A stretch of DNA of 64,000 nt from Deinococcus sp. (GTDB taxonomy: Bacteria; Deinococcota; Deinococci; Deinococcales; Deinococcaceae): the NCBI GenBank assembly GCA_965261005.1, contig OZ253375.1, forward strand, positions 1,248,001-1,312,000, given 5' to 3'. Both the position numbers and the translations under genes were made by a program. The notes beneath the pieces were generated by a model. The model searched no databases and was not told the DNA's origin. It saw nothing but the letters and a program-made list of their open reading frames with translations. Each line of letters opens with the position of its first letter. Position 1 is the stretch's first letter. Shown here piece by piece: positions 11,949 through 24,466 of the stretch.

Positions 11949-12084
11949 CCCTTCTATGAGATTTTCTTCATGAAGAATTTCACGCTGGGGCCGTTCTTTT
12001 GCGACAAAACCGGCTTGAGGAAAATTCTCTATTGGCTTTTGATGAAAAGATGCTAAAGTGAGCTGCATCCAGGAGGATGAAGTT

Positions 12085-13252
<1,168 letters not shown>

Positions 13253-13260
<8 letters not shown>

Positions 13261-13915
13261 TGTCAACCTGCTTCCAAAGGACTTGCGCCGCGCCGGTGGG
13301 CCGGATTACTGGCGCGTCGGCGCCGGCGCCCTGGCCCTCACCGCGCTGATCAGCATGCTGGCCTTGCAGCTCTCGGTGAGCAGCACGCTCGGCAGGCTCA
13401 ACCGCCAGATTGACGAGGCCAACTCGGAGATCACCAGCCTCGCTCCCAACGTCCGCGAGCGCGACCAGCTGCGCGCGCAGCAGACCCAGCTGATCGCCGT
13501 GACCGGCGTGGCCAACACCTTAAAGGCCGGCCAAACGTCGTGGAGCGCGGACCTGGCGCGCTTCGTGCAGCAACTGCCACGAGCCGCCTCACCGCTCATC
13601 GCCCTCAACTCGCTGAACATGCGCAAGGTGGACGCCGCCGCCGGAAGCGCCCAAGGTGGCGCCTACGACGGCAAGCTGGTCACCAAGGAGGTGCAGGTGA
13701 ACGGCAAGGCGCGCTCCAGCGACGCCCTGGTGCGCTTTGTCAACGCCTTTGAGCAGTCGCCTGACTTCGGCGTGCAGTTTCAAAACGCGCAGCGCGAGGC
13801 CCAGGGCGGCGACTACACCTTCGCCGTCACGGTGGGCTTGGTGGGCGAGCCGCCCGCCACTCAAACGGGAACCGGGGCGGACACGCTCGCGCCGGCCAGC
13901 TTGGGAGGACGCTGA
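13253..13915 (+). CDS. pilN: Type IV pilus assembly protein PilN
   Basis: N-terminal VNLLP motif, TM helix, coiled coil; follows pilM. Confidence 0.9.
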
Positions 13916-14610
13916 TGCGCGGCCTTTCCCCGAGCACCTTTTCCCTGAGCAAGCTGAGGGGCCGCGACGTCTTTTTGCTGACCTTGGCGCTGGTTGTGCT
14001 GGTCGTGATGCTGTGGTACTTCTGGCTGTACAGCGCGAGCAAGCAGCAGATTGATACCCAAAGCGGCACGCTCGACGGCTTGCAAACGCAGGTACAGGCG
14101 TCCAGGCAGGCCACGGCGGAACTGCCCGCCCTGCGCGAAAACGTCGCGCGGCTGGAGGTACAGCGCGACGAGCTGCTGCGCGCCTTGCCGGCCACGGCCA
14201 AGTTCGGCGCCGTGCTGAGCGAGATTCGCAGCAACGTAATGGCCGCCGGCGCCGAGTTGACCGGCGTCACGCAGGCGGCCGGCGCGGCGGCCAACTTGCC
14301 GCCGGGCGTGCGGCCCATCGGCATCAATCTGAACGTGACCGGCACCTTCGAGCAGCTGTACGGCGTGCTGCGCTCCTTGGAGGACATGAGCCGCTTTTCG
14401 ACCGTGGGTGCCGTCGGCCTCACGCTGGGGCAGGCCACCAGCTTCGATCCGGACTTGACCGGCCAAGTCGGCGTCACGGTCTACACCTTCGATCCGGCCG
14501 CCGCCGGGGCTGCCAGCAGCGCGCCAGGAGCCGCCCCGGCCGCCCCAGCAGCGCCCGCCGCCCCAGCACCGGCCACCCCAACACCGGCCGCTCCCGGAGG
14601 GAACGGATGA
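13915..14610 (+). CDS. pilO: Type IV pilus assembly protein PilO
   Basis: TM helix plus coiled coil, LP motif, GTFEQLYGVLRSLE ferredoxin-like core; operon position. Confidence 0.9.
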   Translation: MRGLSPSTFSLSKLRGRDVFLLTLALVVLVVMLWYFWLYSASKQQIDTQSGTLDGLQTQVQASRQATAELPALRENVARLEVQRDELLRALPATAKFGAVLSEIRSNVMAAGAELTGVTQAAGAAANLPPGVRPIGINLNVTGTFEQLYGVLRSLEDMSRFSTVGAVGLTLGQATSFDPDLTGQVGVTVYTFDPAAAGAASSAPGAAPAAPAAPAAPAPATPTPAAPGGNG

Positions 14611-15821
14611 CCAGCAACGCCCTGAAACTCACGCGCGAAATGAAGATCGCCTTGACCGTGTTGGTCGCCGGCGGGGCGCTGGGAGGCGTCTACCTGTGGA
14701 GCGCGTCCCGCACCCCCGAAAGCGCCCCGACCAGCGCCACCGCTGCGAGCGCCGCGCCCAGCACGCCCACAGCCGGCACCGCGCCGGCCACAACGCCGAC
14801 AACGCCGGCGCCGACGGGCGCAGCCACGCCCGAGGGCAGCGTCGAGCGTCCCAAGCGCGCCGCCGAGCCGCAGCAGATTCCGTTTCTGACAACGACCCCA
14901 CCCGCCCAGCCCAAAGCTCAGGCGCCCAAGCCCGTTCAGACGGGTAACTTGAACGCGGCGCTACCCAACCCGTTTCGTCCCTTCAGCGTCGAGAATAGCG
15001 GCGCGGACACGGCCGTCACGCCGCCGAACATCGGCGCCATTCCGGCGCCCATCGTTCCCGGCGCCGGAATGGCGAGCGCGCCCACCGTCCGGCCAGGAGG
15101 CTTCCAACCGGGCAGCGCTCAGCCGGGTATCGGCGCCCCCATCGCGCTGCCTAGCATTGGCGTGAACGCGGCCCCGTTTCCCATGCCGACCGTGCCGGGG
15201 GCGCCGCGCGTCGTGCCGGTGCCGAGGGGGGCGCCGGGCGCCCTCGCCGGCACGCCGTCCACTTCGGGCGCGGGAACCGCACCGCCGGCCGCCCCCGTCC
15301 CCATCCCGGCGCCCGCGCCGGTGAAGCCGCCCGTGCCCGCTCTGCGCGCGCCAAGCGTGACCCCGGCCCTCAGCACGCCGGCCAACTTGGCCTCAAGCGC
15401 CGTGACCTCAAGCAACCCGGCCGCAACCCCGCCCACCTCGGGCGCGGGCGCGCCAAGTGCTGCCACGCCAGGTACGGGCGCCGTCCAGCCCAGCCTCGCC
15501 GCACCCGCCTTGGTGGCCGAACTCGGCACGACCCCGGCGACCCCTGGCGCGCCCGCGCAGGCCGCGGCGCCCGAAACGCCCACACCGCTGGCCGCGCCCG
15601 ATCCCCTGAGCGCCTACATCGCGGGGCGCGACCTCAGTTACAACGCCGTGGTGCTGGGGCCGGTCAACACCGGCATCTTTCAAACGAAGAGCGGCTACGT
15701 GGTGGTGTCCATCGGCCAAAAGCTGCCGGACAGCAACATCGTGGTCCGGGACATCACGGCCTCGGCGGTCACGCTGGCGCTGGGCAACTCGCAAAAAACC
15801 CTTGAGCTTGACAAAAGGTGA
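14607..15821 (+). CDS. Pro/Ala-rich pilus alignment protein (Thermus PilW/PilP-like)
   Basis: TM anchor, NPFRPF motif, long PA-rich linker, C-terminal beta domain; lies between pilO and the secretin. Confidence 0.7.
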   Translation: MTSNALKLTREMKIALTVLVAGGALGGVYLWSASRTPESAPTSATAASAAPSTPTAGTAPATTPTTPAPTGAATPEGSVERPKRAAEPQQIPFLTTTPPAQPKAQAPKPVQTGNLNAALPNPFRPFSVENSGADTAVTPPNIGAIPAPIVPGAGMASAPTVRPGGFQPGSAQPGIGAPIALPSIGVNAAPFPMPTVPGAPRVVPVPRGAPGALAGTPSTSGAGTAPPAAPVPIPAPAPVKPPVPALRAPSVTPALSTPANLASSAVTSSNPAATPPTSGAGAPSAATPGTGAVQPSLAAPALVAELGTTPATPGAPAQAAAPETPTPLAAPDPLSAYIAGRDLSYNAVVLGPVNTGIFQTKSGYVVVSIGQKLPDSNIVVRDITASAVTLALGNSQKTLELDKR

Positions 15822-15824
15822 TTC

Positions 15825-17834
15825 ATGAAAAGACACAGCTTGGCCTTGTTGTTGACGTCCGCCCTGACCCTCGCCGGCGCGCAAAGCGCCGACGGCCCCG
15901 CGACCAGCAGCCCGGTTGACGCGCGCCTGACCCCCGCGCCGGTCAGCATGGAGATCGGCCGCTACACCGGCCCCCTCTCCTCGCTGCTGGCCGCCGTCGC
16001 CAAGGCCGCCGGCTACGAGCTGATTCTAGACGTGAGCGTGGACGCGCTGCCGGGGGCCGGTTCGGTCGCGCCGGTGGGCACGCCCGGCGCTCAGGGGGCC
16101 GCTGCCCAAGCTGCTTCCTCAGGGGCGGGTGGTCTCGCCGGGGACAAGCCGGTGGTCTACAACTTCTCCGGCAAGCCCTTCAACGAGGTCTGGCCGCTGC
16201 TGCTCGACATCTACGGCCTGAGCTACGAGGTGGTCAAGGTCGGCGGACAGCAGGTCTTGCGGGTCTCGAACGCGCCCATTCAGCGCGTGATCAAGCTAGC
16301 CAACGCCAACGCCGCCGACGCGGTCAACCAGGTCAAGCTGTTCTTCGGCACCCCGCAGTACGCCGAGACCCAGCAAAAGGACGCCCAAGGCAACGTGACC
16401 AGCACGGTCCGGACCCTGATGGACGTGACGCTCGACTCCCCCACCCTGCGCATCGTGCCCGATTTGCGCACCAACAGCTTGATCGTGCGCGGCACCAACA
16501 AGGAGATCGAGGCGGTCGAGAAGCTGGCCGCCGAAATCGACAAGACCGGCGACAAGGCGGACGCGAGCACCGCCAACCCGGTCGCGCAGCGGGTCTACAG
16601 CGCCAAGGGCGACGCGGCCGACATCAGCGCCCTGCTGGCCGCGCAGTACCCCAACTTGCGCGTGACGACCGTCGGCAAAACCGGGCAGCTGGTCGTGACC
16701 GGCCCCAGCAACCAGCTCGACGCCGCCTTCAGCTTGCTGGCGCAGGTGGATAAGCCCACCGTCGTGACGGTGGGGCCGCCCGTCGTGCAGCGTATCTTCC
16801 AGTTGTCCAACGCTAAGGCGCAAGACGTCAAGGACGTGCTGCTGGGCACCATTGGCAACGCCAACAACGTGCGCTCGGCCTTTGGCAACACCGACCTGTC
16901 GCAGGGGGCCAACATCGGCGACGCCGCAGTGGTCCAGCCGGCGGCGCTGCCGGGGCTGCCAACCCCGCTGCCGACCGCCGCGCCCGCCGCCGGCGCGGCC
17001 GAAAACGCTCAGGGCACGAACGCCGCCCCCGCCGCCGGCGTGAACGCCAACCCCAACACGCCCGCCCTCTCGATCATCGCCGACCCGCGCAGCAACAGCT
17101 TGATCGTGCGCGGCACCGAGGGACAAATCGCCCAGGTGGCCGAGCTGATCCCGACCCTTGACGTGCGCGTGCCCGCCATCAACGTGGAGCTGCGCATTCA
17201 GGAGATCAGCGAGACCGGGTCGCGCTCGCTGGGCCTCGATTGGACGGCCGGCTTCGGCAACTTCGTGACCAAGATCATCGGCGGCTCGCTGACCGCGCTG
17301 TTTGACATCACCCAAAGTTCGGCCGGCTTCAACATCGGCGCGACCCTCAACGCCTTGGAGCAGCAGGGCTTCACCAAGCGGGTCAACGACGCCAACGTCA
17401 CCCTGTTCAGCGGCCAAACCACGCCGGCCATTGTCAAGTCGGGCGGCCAGATCTTCGTCAACTTGGTCGGCACCCAAACGACCATTCAGCGCCAGATCGA
17501 CTACGGCGTGACCGTTCAGCTCTCCAACCCGCAAGTCTCCCCCGACGGCACCATCAAGTTCGACGTGCAAAGCGCCGTCAAGGACACCCTCGGCGACATC
17601 ACCAACCCCAACCTGATTCAGCTGACCAACCGCGAGGCGCAGACCAGCATCGCGCTCAAGTCGGGGCAAACGGCGCTGCTGGGCGGCCTGTTGTCCAACA
17701 CCGAGCGCAACACGACCCAGGGCGTGCCCTTTTTGTCGAGCATTCCGGTGATCGGCAACCTGTTCAAAACGCAGGTCAGCAGCAGCGAGCGCTCGCAGCT
17801 GCTGCTGGTCGTGACCGCCAACGTCGTCGAGTGA
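15825..17834 (+). CDS. pilQ: Secretin PilQ
   Basis: Signal peptide, repeated N-domains (DxRxNSLIVRGT), secretin signature GVPFLSSIPVIGNLF. Confidence 0.92.
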   Translation: MKRHSLALLLTSALTLAGAQSADGPATSSPVDARLTPAPVSMEIGRYTGPLSSLLAAVAKAAGYELILDVSVDALPGAGSVAPVGTPGAQGAAAQAASSGAGGLAGDKPVVYNFSGKPFNEVWPLLLDIYGLSYEVVKVGGQQVLRVSNAPIQRVIKLANANAADAVNQVKLFFGTPQYAETQQKDAQGNVTSTVRTLMDVTLDSPTLRIVPDLRTNSLIVRGTNKEIEAVEKLAAEIDKTGDKADASTANPVAQRVYSAKGDAADISALLAAQYPNLRVTTVGKTGQLVVTGPSNQLDAAFSLLAQVDKPTVVTVGPPVVQRIFQLSNAKAQDVKDVLLGTIGNANNVRSAFGNTDLSQGANIGDAAVVQPAALPGLPTPLPTAAPAAGAAENAQGTNAAPAAGVNANPNTPALSIIADPRSNSLIVRGTEGQIAQVAELIPTLDVRVPAINVELRIQEISETGSRSLGLDWTAGFGNFVTKIIGGSLTALFDITQSSAGFNIGATLNALEQQGFTKRVNDANVTLFSGQTTPAIVKSGGQIFVNLVGTQTTIQRQIDYGVTVQLSNPQVSPDGTIKFDVQSAVKDTLGDITNPNLIQLTNREAQTSIALKSGQTALLGGLLSNTERNTTQGVPFLSSIPVIGNLFKTQVSSSERSQLLLVVTANVVE

Positions 17835-17860
17835 ACGTCGTCGAGTAGCGGGACAAACAG

Positions 17861-17891
17861 AATGGGCGGGGGCCAGCTGCCCCCGCCCATT
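17861..17891. terminator. GC-rich hairpin after pilQ
   Basis: AATGGGCGGGGGC-CAGCT-GCCCCCGCCCATT inverted repeat. Confidence 0.7.
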
Positions 17892-17906
17892 TGCTAGAGT
17901 CCGGTC

Positions 17907-19055
17907 ATGAGGTTCTTGACGGCGGGCGAATCGCACGGGCCGCAGCTGACGGCCATCCTGGAGGGTGTGCCGGCGGGGCTTTCACTGACCAAGGCCGACA
18001 TCGACCCGTGGCTGGCCCGCCGCCAAGGCGGCTACGGGCGCGGGCGGCGCATGGTGATCGAGCGCGACGAGGTGCAGTTTTTGTCGGGGGTGCGGGCCGG
18101 GCGTACCACCGGCGGCCCCATCACGCTGATGATCGAGAACAAAGACTGGCGCAACTGGTCCGAGATCATGGCGCCGGAGCCGGGGAGCGAGCCGCGCAAA
18201 AAGGCGCTGACGGCGGCCCGGCCCGGCCACGCCGACCTCGCGGGCGGCATCAAGTACCGCCACCGCGATTTGCGCGACGTGCTGGAGCGCGCCTCGGCCC
18301 GGGAGACGGCGGCGCGCGTGGCGGTGGGGGCGGTGGCCCTCAAGCTGCTCTCCGTGCTAGGCGTGCGCGGCGCCAGCCACGTGGTCGCGCTGGGCGGCGT
18401 CGAGAGCGAGGTGCCCTTCGATTGGGGCCAGCTCGGCGCCATCGAGGCCAGCCCGTTGCGCTGCCTGGACGCGGCGGCGGAAGCGCGCATGATCGAACGC
18501 ATTGACCAGGCCAAGCGGGACGGCGACACGCTGGGCGGCGTGATCGAGGTGCGCTTCGCGGGCCTACCGGTGGGCCTCGGCAGCTTCGTCCAGTGGGACC
18601 GCAAGCTGGACGGGCGCGTGGCGCAGGCCGTGATGAGCGTACAGGCCATCAAGGGCGTGGAAGTCGGCCTGGGCTTCGCGGCGGCGTCCCGTCCCGGCAG
18701 CGCCGTTCACGACGCGGTCTTTTTGCGCGAAGGGGGCTACGCGCGCGACACCAACGGCGCGGGCGGTCTGGAGGGCGGCATGACCAACGGCGAGGACTTG
18801 GTCGTGCGCGCCGCCATGAAACCCATCGCCACCTTGATGCGGCCCTTGCCCACCGTGGACGTGGCGACCCACGAAGCGGCCGACGCCGCTCGCGAGCGCT
18901 CGGACACGACGGCCGTGCCGGCGGCGGGCGTGATTTTAGAAAGCGTTGTGGGCTGGACCCTCGCGGACGCGCTGTTGGAAAAGTTCGGCGGCGACAGCTT
19001 GGAGGAACTCGCCGGGCGCGTGCGCGCGGAGCGCGAGCACGCCGCCGCGTATTAA
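17907..19055 (+). CDS. aroC: Chorismate synthase
   Basis: TAGESHG, RPGHAD, RASARET, KPIAT; leaderless TAGAGT box. Confidence 0.97.
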   Translation: MRFLTAGESHGPQLTAILEGVPAGLSLTKADIDPWLARRQGGYGRGRRMVIERDEVQFLSGVRAGRTTGGPITLMIENKDWRNWSEIMAPEPGSEPRKKALTAARPGHADLAGGIKYRHRDLRDVLERASARETAARVAVGAVALKLLSVLGVRGASHVVALGGVESEVPFDWGQLGAIEASPLRCLDAAAEARMIERIDQAKRDGDTLGGVIEVRFAGLPVGLGSFVQWDRKLDGRVAQAVMSVQAIKGVEVGLGFAAASRPGSAVHDAVFLREGGYARDTNGAGGLEGGMTNGEDLVVRAAMKPIATLMRPLPTVDVATHEAADAARERSDTTAVPAAGVILESVVGWTLADALLEKFGGDSLEELAGRVRAEREHAAAY

Positions 19056-19101
19056 AGTAGTAAATCCGGGCGCCCACCGCCCAGATTGGCCGCTGATTCC
19101 C

Positions 19102-19662
19102 ATGACCTTTTCATTGCACCCGCCCATCGAGCGCCCCGTCAGCTGGGTAGCGCTGGCGGGCTTTATGGGCACCGGCAAGAGCCGTGTCGGCTGGGAACTG
19201 TCGCGCGCCTTGGCGCTGCACTTCGTGGACACCGACAAGCTGATCGCGCGGGTGGCCGGGCGCAGCGTGGAGGAGCTGTTCGCGCGTGAGGGCGAGGCGC
19301 GCTTCCGCCTCTACGAGCGCGAGGTGGTGCGCCGGGTGGTGCGGCTCGACTGCGCGGTGGTCAGCCTGGGCGGCGGCGCCTTTGTCTCGCCGCACAACAG
19401 AAGTGACCTGTTGTCGCGCGGCCCGGTGGTGGTGCTGTGGGCCTCGCCCGAAACGGTCCTAAGGCGCACCCGCCGCTCCGGGCGACCCTTACTGGAGGGG
19501 GCCGAGCCGCTGGAGCGCATCCGATCTCTGATGGCCGAGCGCGAGGGCCTCTACCGCGAGGGCGACATTCATGTGTCCAGCGACGAGCGCGACTCGGCCG
19601 AGGTGGTCGCCGAGGTGATCGAGAAGCTGTGGGCCTGGCGGGAGGCGGGGCATGAAGATTGA
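19102..19662 (+). CDS. aroK: Shikimate kinase
   Basis: [22 protein letters not shown]. Confidence 0.95.
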   Translation: MTFSLHPPIERPVSWVALAGFMGTGKSRVGWELSRALALHFVDTDKLIARVAGRSVEELFAREGEARFRLYEREVVRRVVRLDCAVVSLGGGAFVSPHNRSDLLSRGPVVVLWASPETVLRRTRRSGRPLLEGAEPLERIRSLMAEREGLYREGDIHVSSDERDSAEVVAEVIEKLWAWREAGHED

Positions 19663-20698
19663 GGTCGGTGGCGCTCGTCCCTCCAGCGTGCAGGTCGGGC
19701 GCGATCTGCTGGGCAAGTTGAGCGTCCCGGAGCGGCGCCGCGCCCTGATCGTGGACGCGGGGGTGCCAAGAAGCTGGCGCGAAAAGGTCAGTGCAGCCCT
19801 GAACCTGGACGTGGTGGTCGAGGTGCCGGCCGGCGACGCTTGCAAGACCCCCGAGGTCTGGGCGCGCGTGCAGTCCGAGTTGGCGCGCTCGGCGTTGCCC
19901 AGGGACGCGGCCGTGATCGGGCTGGGCGGCGGGGCGACAACTGACCTGGCCGGCTTCGTGGCCGCGACCTACCTGCGCGGCGTGGCTTACTACAACTTGC
20001 CCACCACGCTGCTCGCCCAGGTAGACGCGGCCGTGGGAGGCAAGACCGGCCTGAACTTGCCGGAGGGGAAAAATTTGGTGGGCGCCTTTTCCCCCGCAAA
20101 GGCGGTCTGGTGCGACGTGGACATCTTGGGCAGCTTGCCGGGGGCGGTCTTCCGCGATGGGGCCGCCGAAGTGTTCAAGCACGGCTTGATCGCGGACCAA
20201 GCATTGTGCGGGGCCGTGCTGGCGCCGGGCTTTGGCCCACGAGCGCCGGGGTTGGAGGACACGGTCGCCGCCGCCATCCGCGTCAAGGCGGAGGTCGTGA
20301 CCCGTGATCCCTTGGAGCGCGGCGAGCGCGCCCACCTCAACTTCGGGCACACCTTGGCGCACGCTTTGGAGGCGGCGACGAACCACGCCGTCAGCCACGG
20401 CGAGGCGGTCGGCTACGGGATGCACTACGCCGCGCTGCTGTCAAGTGTATTGGGCGGCGCCGACCTGACCGACCTGACGCGGCGCTTTCTGCGCTACCAA
20501 CGCCCTGGGCCGCTGCCCGACCTTTCCTGGGACGCCCTCTCCCCCTTCGTCGCCCGCGACAAAAAGGCGGACGCCGACGGGGTGCGCTTCGTGCTGCTGC
20601 GCGACGTGGGCCAGCCCTATCTAGCGCGTGTTCCGACCGAGCGGTTGCGCGCCACCTACGCGACCTTTCGCTTGGAACTGGCGGACATGCTTGAATAG
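19652..20698 (+). CDS. aroB: 3-dehydroquinate synthase
   Basis: [38 protein letters not shown]. Confidence 0.96.
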   Translation: MKIEVGGARPSSVQVGRDLLGKLSVPERRRALIVDAGVPRSWREKVSAALNLDVVVEVPAGDACKTPEVWARVQSELARSALPRDAAVIGLGGGATTDLAGFVAATYLRGVAYYNLPTTLLAQVDAAVGGKTGLNLPEGKNLVGAFSPAKAVWCDVDILGSLPGAVFRDGAAEVFKHGLIADQALCGAVLAPGFGPRAPGLEDTVAAAIRVKAEVVTRDPLERGERAHLNFGHTLAHALEAATNHAVSHGEAVGYGMHYAALLSSVLGGADLTDLTRRFLRYQRPGPLPDLSWDALSPFVARDKKADADGVRFVLLRDVGQPYLARVPTERLRATYATFRLELADMLE

Positions 20699-20701
20699 AA
20701 C

Positions 20702-21139
20702 ATGATCCTCGTCCTGAACGGGCCGAACCTCAACCTGCTGGGCAGCCGCGAGCCGGAGGTGTACGGCCGCGAGACCCTCGACGACCTGGAAACCTCTTGC
20801 GAGGCGTGGGGCGCCGACCTCGGCGTCGCCGTCGCCTGCCGCCACAGCAACCACGAGGGCTACCTGATCGAGTGGCTGCACGAGGCGGCCAGCTCGGGCT
20901 TCACCGGGGTCGTCCTCAACCCCGGCGCCCTGACGCACTACAGCTACGCCCTGCGCGACGCCATCGCCGGGCAAACGCTGCCGGTTGTAGAAGTACATAT
21001 CTCCAACGTGGACGCCCGCGAAGCGTTTCGGCACACTTCCGTGACGGCCGGCGTGTGTAAGGGAAAGATCAGCGGTTTGGGGTTCACCGGGTATAGATTG
21101 GCGATGGAGTATTTGGTGGAAGCGGGCGAGGGGACTTGA
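20702..21139 (+). CDS. aroQ: Type II 3-dehydroquinate dehydratase
   Basis: [24 protein letters not shown]. Confidence 0.97.
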   Translation: MILVLNGPNLNLLGSREPEVYGRETLDDLETSCEAWGADLGVAVACRHSNHEGYLIEWLHEAASSGFTGVVLNPGALTHYSYALRDAIAGQTLPVVEVHISNVDAREAFRHTSVTAGVCKGKISGLGFTGYRLAMEYLVEAGEGT

Positions 21140-21153
21140 GTCGGGAGGGCTTG

Positions 21154-21354
21154 ATGCGCTACAAGATTGCGCTGCACCGGGACGAGGAGGGCGTCAGCGT
21201 GTTCGTGCCGGGCTTGCCGGGGTGCTGGTCGCAGGGGGCGGACGAGGCCGAGGCGCTGGTCAACATCGCGGACGCGATTCGTGAGTACCTCGCCGTTCGC
21301 GACGAGTTGTTGCGGGGTGAGGCCGAGGTCCGAGAAGTCGAGGTCGCGGTTTAA
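21154..21354 (+). CDS. hicB: HicB-family antitoxin (short, no DNA-binding domain)
   Basis: VPGLPGCWSQG..EAL.NI.DAI..YL partial RNase H fold motif. Confidence 0.85.
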   Translation: MRYKIALHRDEEGVSVFVPGLPGCWSQGADEAEALVNIADAIREYLAVRDELLRGEAEVREVEVAV

Positions 21355-21359
21355 CAGAA

Positions 21360-21572
21360 GTGGGCAAGATTCCTGGAGTCAACCATCTCGACGCGATTCG
21401 CGCCCTCGAAAAGGCGGGGTTCCGAGTGATGCGTCAAGGCAAGCATACCGTGATGTCCGACGGCCTACGTATTCTCGTTATCCCGCGCCATAATCCAGTG
21501 AACGCGTTCACGCTGGGCGGAATCGTGCGTGACGCGGGCCTCACGCCAGAAACATTTCGTAAGCTGTTGTAA
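21360..21572 (+). CDS. hicA: HicA-family mRNA interferase toxin
   Basis: LEKAGF..RQGKH, VIPRH, TLGGIVRDAGL. Confidence 0.88.
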   Translation: MGKIPGVNHLDAIRALEKAGFRVMRQGKHTVMSDGLRILVIPRHNPVNAFTLGGIVRDAGLTPETFRKLL

Positions 21573-21637
21573 CGCAGGGCGCGAGAACAGCCTTCCGGCG
21601 AGCGCCGTCTCTTCCCTTGAGCCGCCTCTTCCCCGCG

Positions 21638-21768
21638 TGCTACACTCCCCCCTGGTGTTTTGCGCTTGGTAGGGCCAAAACAGCCGGGCAGGCCCCGGAA
21701 CACGCGCTCCGTCCCCCGACCTAGAGCGCGCTGGTGAAGCGCCAAAACCACTTTTTCGGAGTTTGACG
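21638..21768 (+). promoter_or_regulatory. rplM promoter and putative L13-leader-like structured 5' UTR
   Basis: TGCTACACT extended -10 at 21638-21646, followed by an approximately 115-nt leader containing GCCCCGGA and short hairpins. Confidence 0.45.
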
Positions 21769-22194
21769 GTGAAAACCTACGTACCCAAGCAGACAGAGAA
21801 CAACTGGATCGTCGTGGACGCGGCGGGCATGCCGGTCGGGCGCCTCGCGACCGTGGTGGCCTCGCGCATTCGCGGCAAGCACCGCCCCGACTTCACGCCC
21901 AACATGGACCTCGGCGACTACGTGATCGTACTCAACGCTTCCAAGGCGACCTTCACGGGTGGCAAGCTCGACGGCAAGGTGTACACCCGCTACACCGGCT
22001 ACCAAGGTGGCCTGAAAAAGGAGACCGCCCGCGTCGCCCTGCAAAAGCACCCCGAGCGCGTGATCGAGCACGCCGTGTTTGGGATGCTGCCCAAGGGCCG
22101 GCTCGGCCGCACGCTGCACACCCACCTGAAGGTCTATGCCGGCGAGGCCCACCCACACGAGGCCCAGCAGCCCCAGAAGTTGGAGATCAAGTGA
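21769..22194 (+). CDS. rplM: 50S ribosomal protein L13
   Basis: [32 protein letters not shown]. Confidence 0.98.
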   Translation: MKTYVPKQTENNWIVVDAAGMPVGRLATVVASRIRGKHRPDFTPNMDLGDYVIVLNASKATFTGGKLDGKVYTRYTGYQGGLKKETARVALQKHPERVIEHAVFGMLPKGRLGRTLHTHLKVYAGEAHPHEAQQPQKLEIK

Positions 22195-22586
22195 TGGCAA
22201 CCGAACAGTTTTACGGCACCGGCCGGCGCAAGGCCGCCATCGCGCGGGTCTTCCTCAAGCCCGGCGAGGGCAAGATCACGGTGAACGGCCAGGAGTTCCA
22301 GCAATACTTTCGCGGCATTCTGCGCGCCGTGTACGCGCTTCAGGCTTTCCGCGAGACCGGCACGCTGGGCCGCTACGACGCGACCATCAACGTGTCCGGC
22401 GGCGGCCCCGGCGGTCAGGCCGACGCCATCAAGCTGGGCATCGCCCGCGCCCTCCTCAAGGTGAACCCCGACTACCGCATCCAGCTCAAGCCGCACGGCC
22501 TCCTCACCCGTGACGCCCGCGAGGTCGAGAGCAAGAAGTACGGCCTGAAAAAGGCCCGCCGCGCGCCGCAGTTCAGCAAGCGCTGA
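22194..22586 (+). CDS. rpsI: 30S ribosomal protein S9
   Basis: [25 protein letters not shown]. Confidence 0.98.
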   Translation: MATEQFYGTGRRKAAIARVFLKPGEGKITVNGQEFQQYFRGILRAVYALQAFRETGTLGRYDATINVSGGGPGGQADAIKLGIARALLKVNPDYRIQLKPHGLLTRDAREVESKKYGLKKARRAPQFSKR

Positions 22587-22601
22587 GGCGGGCGTGTTTC
22601 T

Positions 22602-22626
22602 GGGCGCCCACTTGGGCGCCCTTTTT
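22602..22626 (+). terminator. Intrinsic terminator after rpsI
   Basis: GGGCGCCCA-CT-TGGGCGCCC inverted repeat followed by TTTTT. Confidence 0.8.
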
Positions 22627-23594
22627 CATTCCCCCAATTCCAGCGTGAACGGCGCCCGTTGACCCGCCTTGGCCGCTTCCAAAGCGGCCTGCGGCGCGAA
22701 GGGAAGCGCGAGGACGGCCGAGTACGCCCGCAGCGCGAGGTCGCGCTCACCCTGCGCGTCGCGCACCTGGCCCAGCCGCGCCAGGACCAAACCGGGCAGC
22801 GTGCGCGGCTGGTCGGTCAGGGCGTGCGCGGCGGCTTCGAGCAGCTCGCGGGCGCTCGCCAAGTCGCCCACGGCCAGGTAGGCGCCGGCGGCGGCGTATT
22901 GAAGCTCGGCCCCCGGGGTGACTGCGTCGCCAGCCTCGCGCAGCAGGGCGTCCACCGTCCCCTGCAAGTCGTCGCCCTCCTCCAAGCGCTCGGCGCGGTC
23001 CGCCAAGGCGCGTAGGCGCGAGCGCTCGCCGGGGGCGAAGCCTGCGAGGTCGGGCAAGTCGGCCCCCGGCAAACTGTCCAGCAAGTCCGGCAGGTCGTCC
23101 AGCGAGACCAGGGCCACGCCCGACCGTCCGGCCAACGCCTCCCGCAAGACCTCCAGCCGCCGCCCCCGGTGGGCGGTGCCCGGCCCCTCGCCGAACAGCT
23201 CGGCCATGCCCGCATGGTACGCCCGCACGGCCCCCAGCAACTCCGGGTCGGTCACGCGCCCCGGCGTGAGCGGTCGGGCGAGTGCCTGTGCGAGTTCGGC
23301 CTCCAAGCGCCCCGCCGAACGCAGCCGCTCGCGGCCAGCGGGATACTGTCCCAGAAATTCCTGCAACTGGGCGGCCTCCGCCTGCGTCCAGCGCCAATCG
23401 GGGGCGAGGTCCACCAAGCTGATCCCGCTCGCCAGCAGCGCGTCGCGTGCGGGGTGCTCTGGGTCCGGGTCGGTCAGCCACAGCAACTCGGTTGCGCCCA
23501 AGCTGCGGACGATCTCGACCAGCGTCGCGGCGTTGTACTGCGGCGATAAGCGCAGCCAATCGCCCACATCGGGCAGCAGCGTGAGGACCGTCAT
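22626..23594 (-). CDS. Hypothetical protein with C-terminal TPR-like helices
   Basis: ATG at 23594 overlaps the upstream stop (ATGA); host-like codon usage; TPR-like C-terminus ([10 protein letters not shown]....A..AY). Confidence 0.7.
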   Translation of the reverse strand: MTVLTLLPDVGDWLRLSPQYNAATLVEIVRSLGATELLWLTDPDPEHPARDALLASGISLVDLAPDWRWTQAEAAQLQEFLGQYPAGRERLRSAGRLEAELAQALARPLTPGRVTDPELLGAVRAYHAGMAELFGEGPGTAHRGRRLEVLREALAGRSGVALVSLDDLPDLLDSLPGADLPDLAGFAPGERSRLRALADRAERLEEGDDLQGTVDALLREAGDAVTPGAELQYAAAGAYLAVGDLASARELLEAAAHALTDQPRTLPGLVLARLGQVRDAQGERDLALRAYSAVLALPFAPQAALEAAKAGQRAPFTLELGE

Positions 23595-24463
23595 CGGCCG
23601 GACCACTGCGACCACTGGGTCGTGCGCGTCCGGCGCCGCTCCAGCTCGCTCGCGAAGGCGCGGGGGTCGTGGGGCGTCAGGAACAGGTAGCGGCCCGCGT
23701 ACTCCACCACCACCCCCGGCGCACGCGCCGAGCTGGCGGCGGCGTCCAGCGCCCCCGGCACGCCCCGCCAAGCGAAGCGGCCCACCGCGTAGCCCGGCAG
23801 GCACAGCGCCAGCAGCGGAACGCCCAGCCGCGCGGGGCTGAGCCACACCCGCGTGATCTGGCCGTAGGGGACACGCAGCTCGCCAAAGGCCGTGGACACC
23901 GCCAGGCCCGCCGGCGCGAGCAGGTAGCCGAGGCGCCGGGCGCGCGCCAGCAGCAGCGCGATCAGGGCGCCCAGGCCGCCACACAGCGCCGCCGGGCGCC
24001 AAGCGGGCGGCGGCGCCCGGGAAACCGGGGGCGCGAAGCCCAGCGTCAGCCCCTCGCGCCACGCCGCCACAAAAGCCTCGGGGTCTTCCGGCGTCACGGC
24101 GTAGCGGCGGCCGTCCGCGACGAACACGACGGCCGGGCTGGTACAGTCGCCGTACATCAAGAGCCGGGCGTAGCGCTCGCTGCGGTATTCGCCCACGCAC
24201 GGTCCCGGCCCCAGCGCTTTGCCGTCGGCGCGCCGGAGACCGCGCAGGGCCGTCACCCGCACGTCCTTGACCGCGCCAACCGGGATTTGCACGCTCTTAA
24301 AGTCACCGCTGGCCACCAGCGTGCCCGCGCTGAGCTGGTAGCGCACCCCGCCCAGCCAACCCGGCACGAACAAGAGGGCGGCGGCCAGCGCCAAGAGTAC
24401 GAGCGCAACCGCCCACCACACCGCCCGCCAAAAGCCGCCGACACGCGCGGCAGAAAACTCCAT
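23591..24463 (-). CDS. Membrane protein with tandem bacterial PH domains
   Basis: Two units of TM helix plus PH-like domain, each ending in TP-x-DP-x-AF. Confidence 0.75.
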   Translation of the reverse strand: MEFSAARVGGFWRAVWWAVALVLLALAAALLFVPGWLGGVRYQLSAGTLVASGDFKSVQIPVGAVKDVRVTALRGLRRADGKALGPGPCVGEYRSERYARLLMYGDCTSPAVVFVADGRRYAVTPEDPEAFVAAWREGLTLGFAPPVSRAPPPAWRPAALCGGLGALIALLLARARRLGYLLAPAGLAVSTAFGELRVPYGQITRVWLSPARLGVPLLALCLPGYAVGRFAWRGVPGALDAAASSARAPGVVVEYAGRYLFLTPHDPRAFASELERRRTRTTQWSQWSGR

Positions 24464-24466
24464 GCC

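Noticed and set aside
14500..15600. Repeat array or CRISPR in the GC-rich repetitive stretch
   Set aside because: It is the Pro/Ala-rich coding linker of pilO and the pilW-like gene; no repeat-spacer structure and no cas genes in the window
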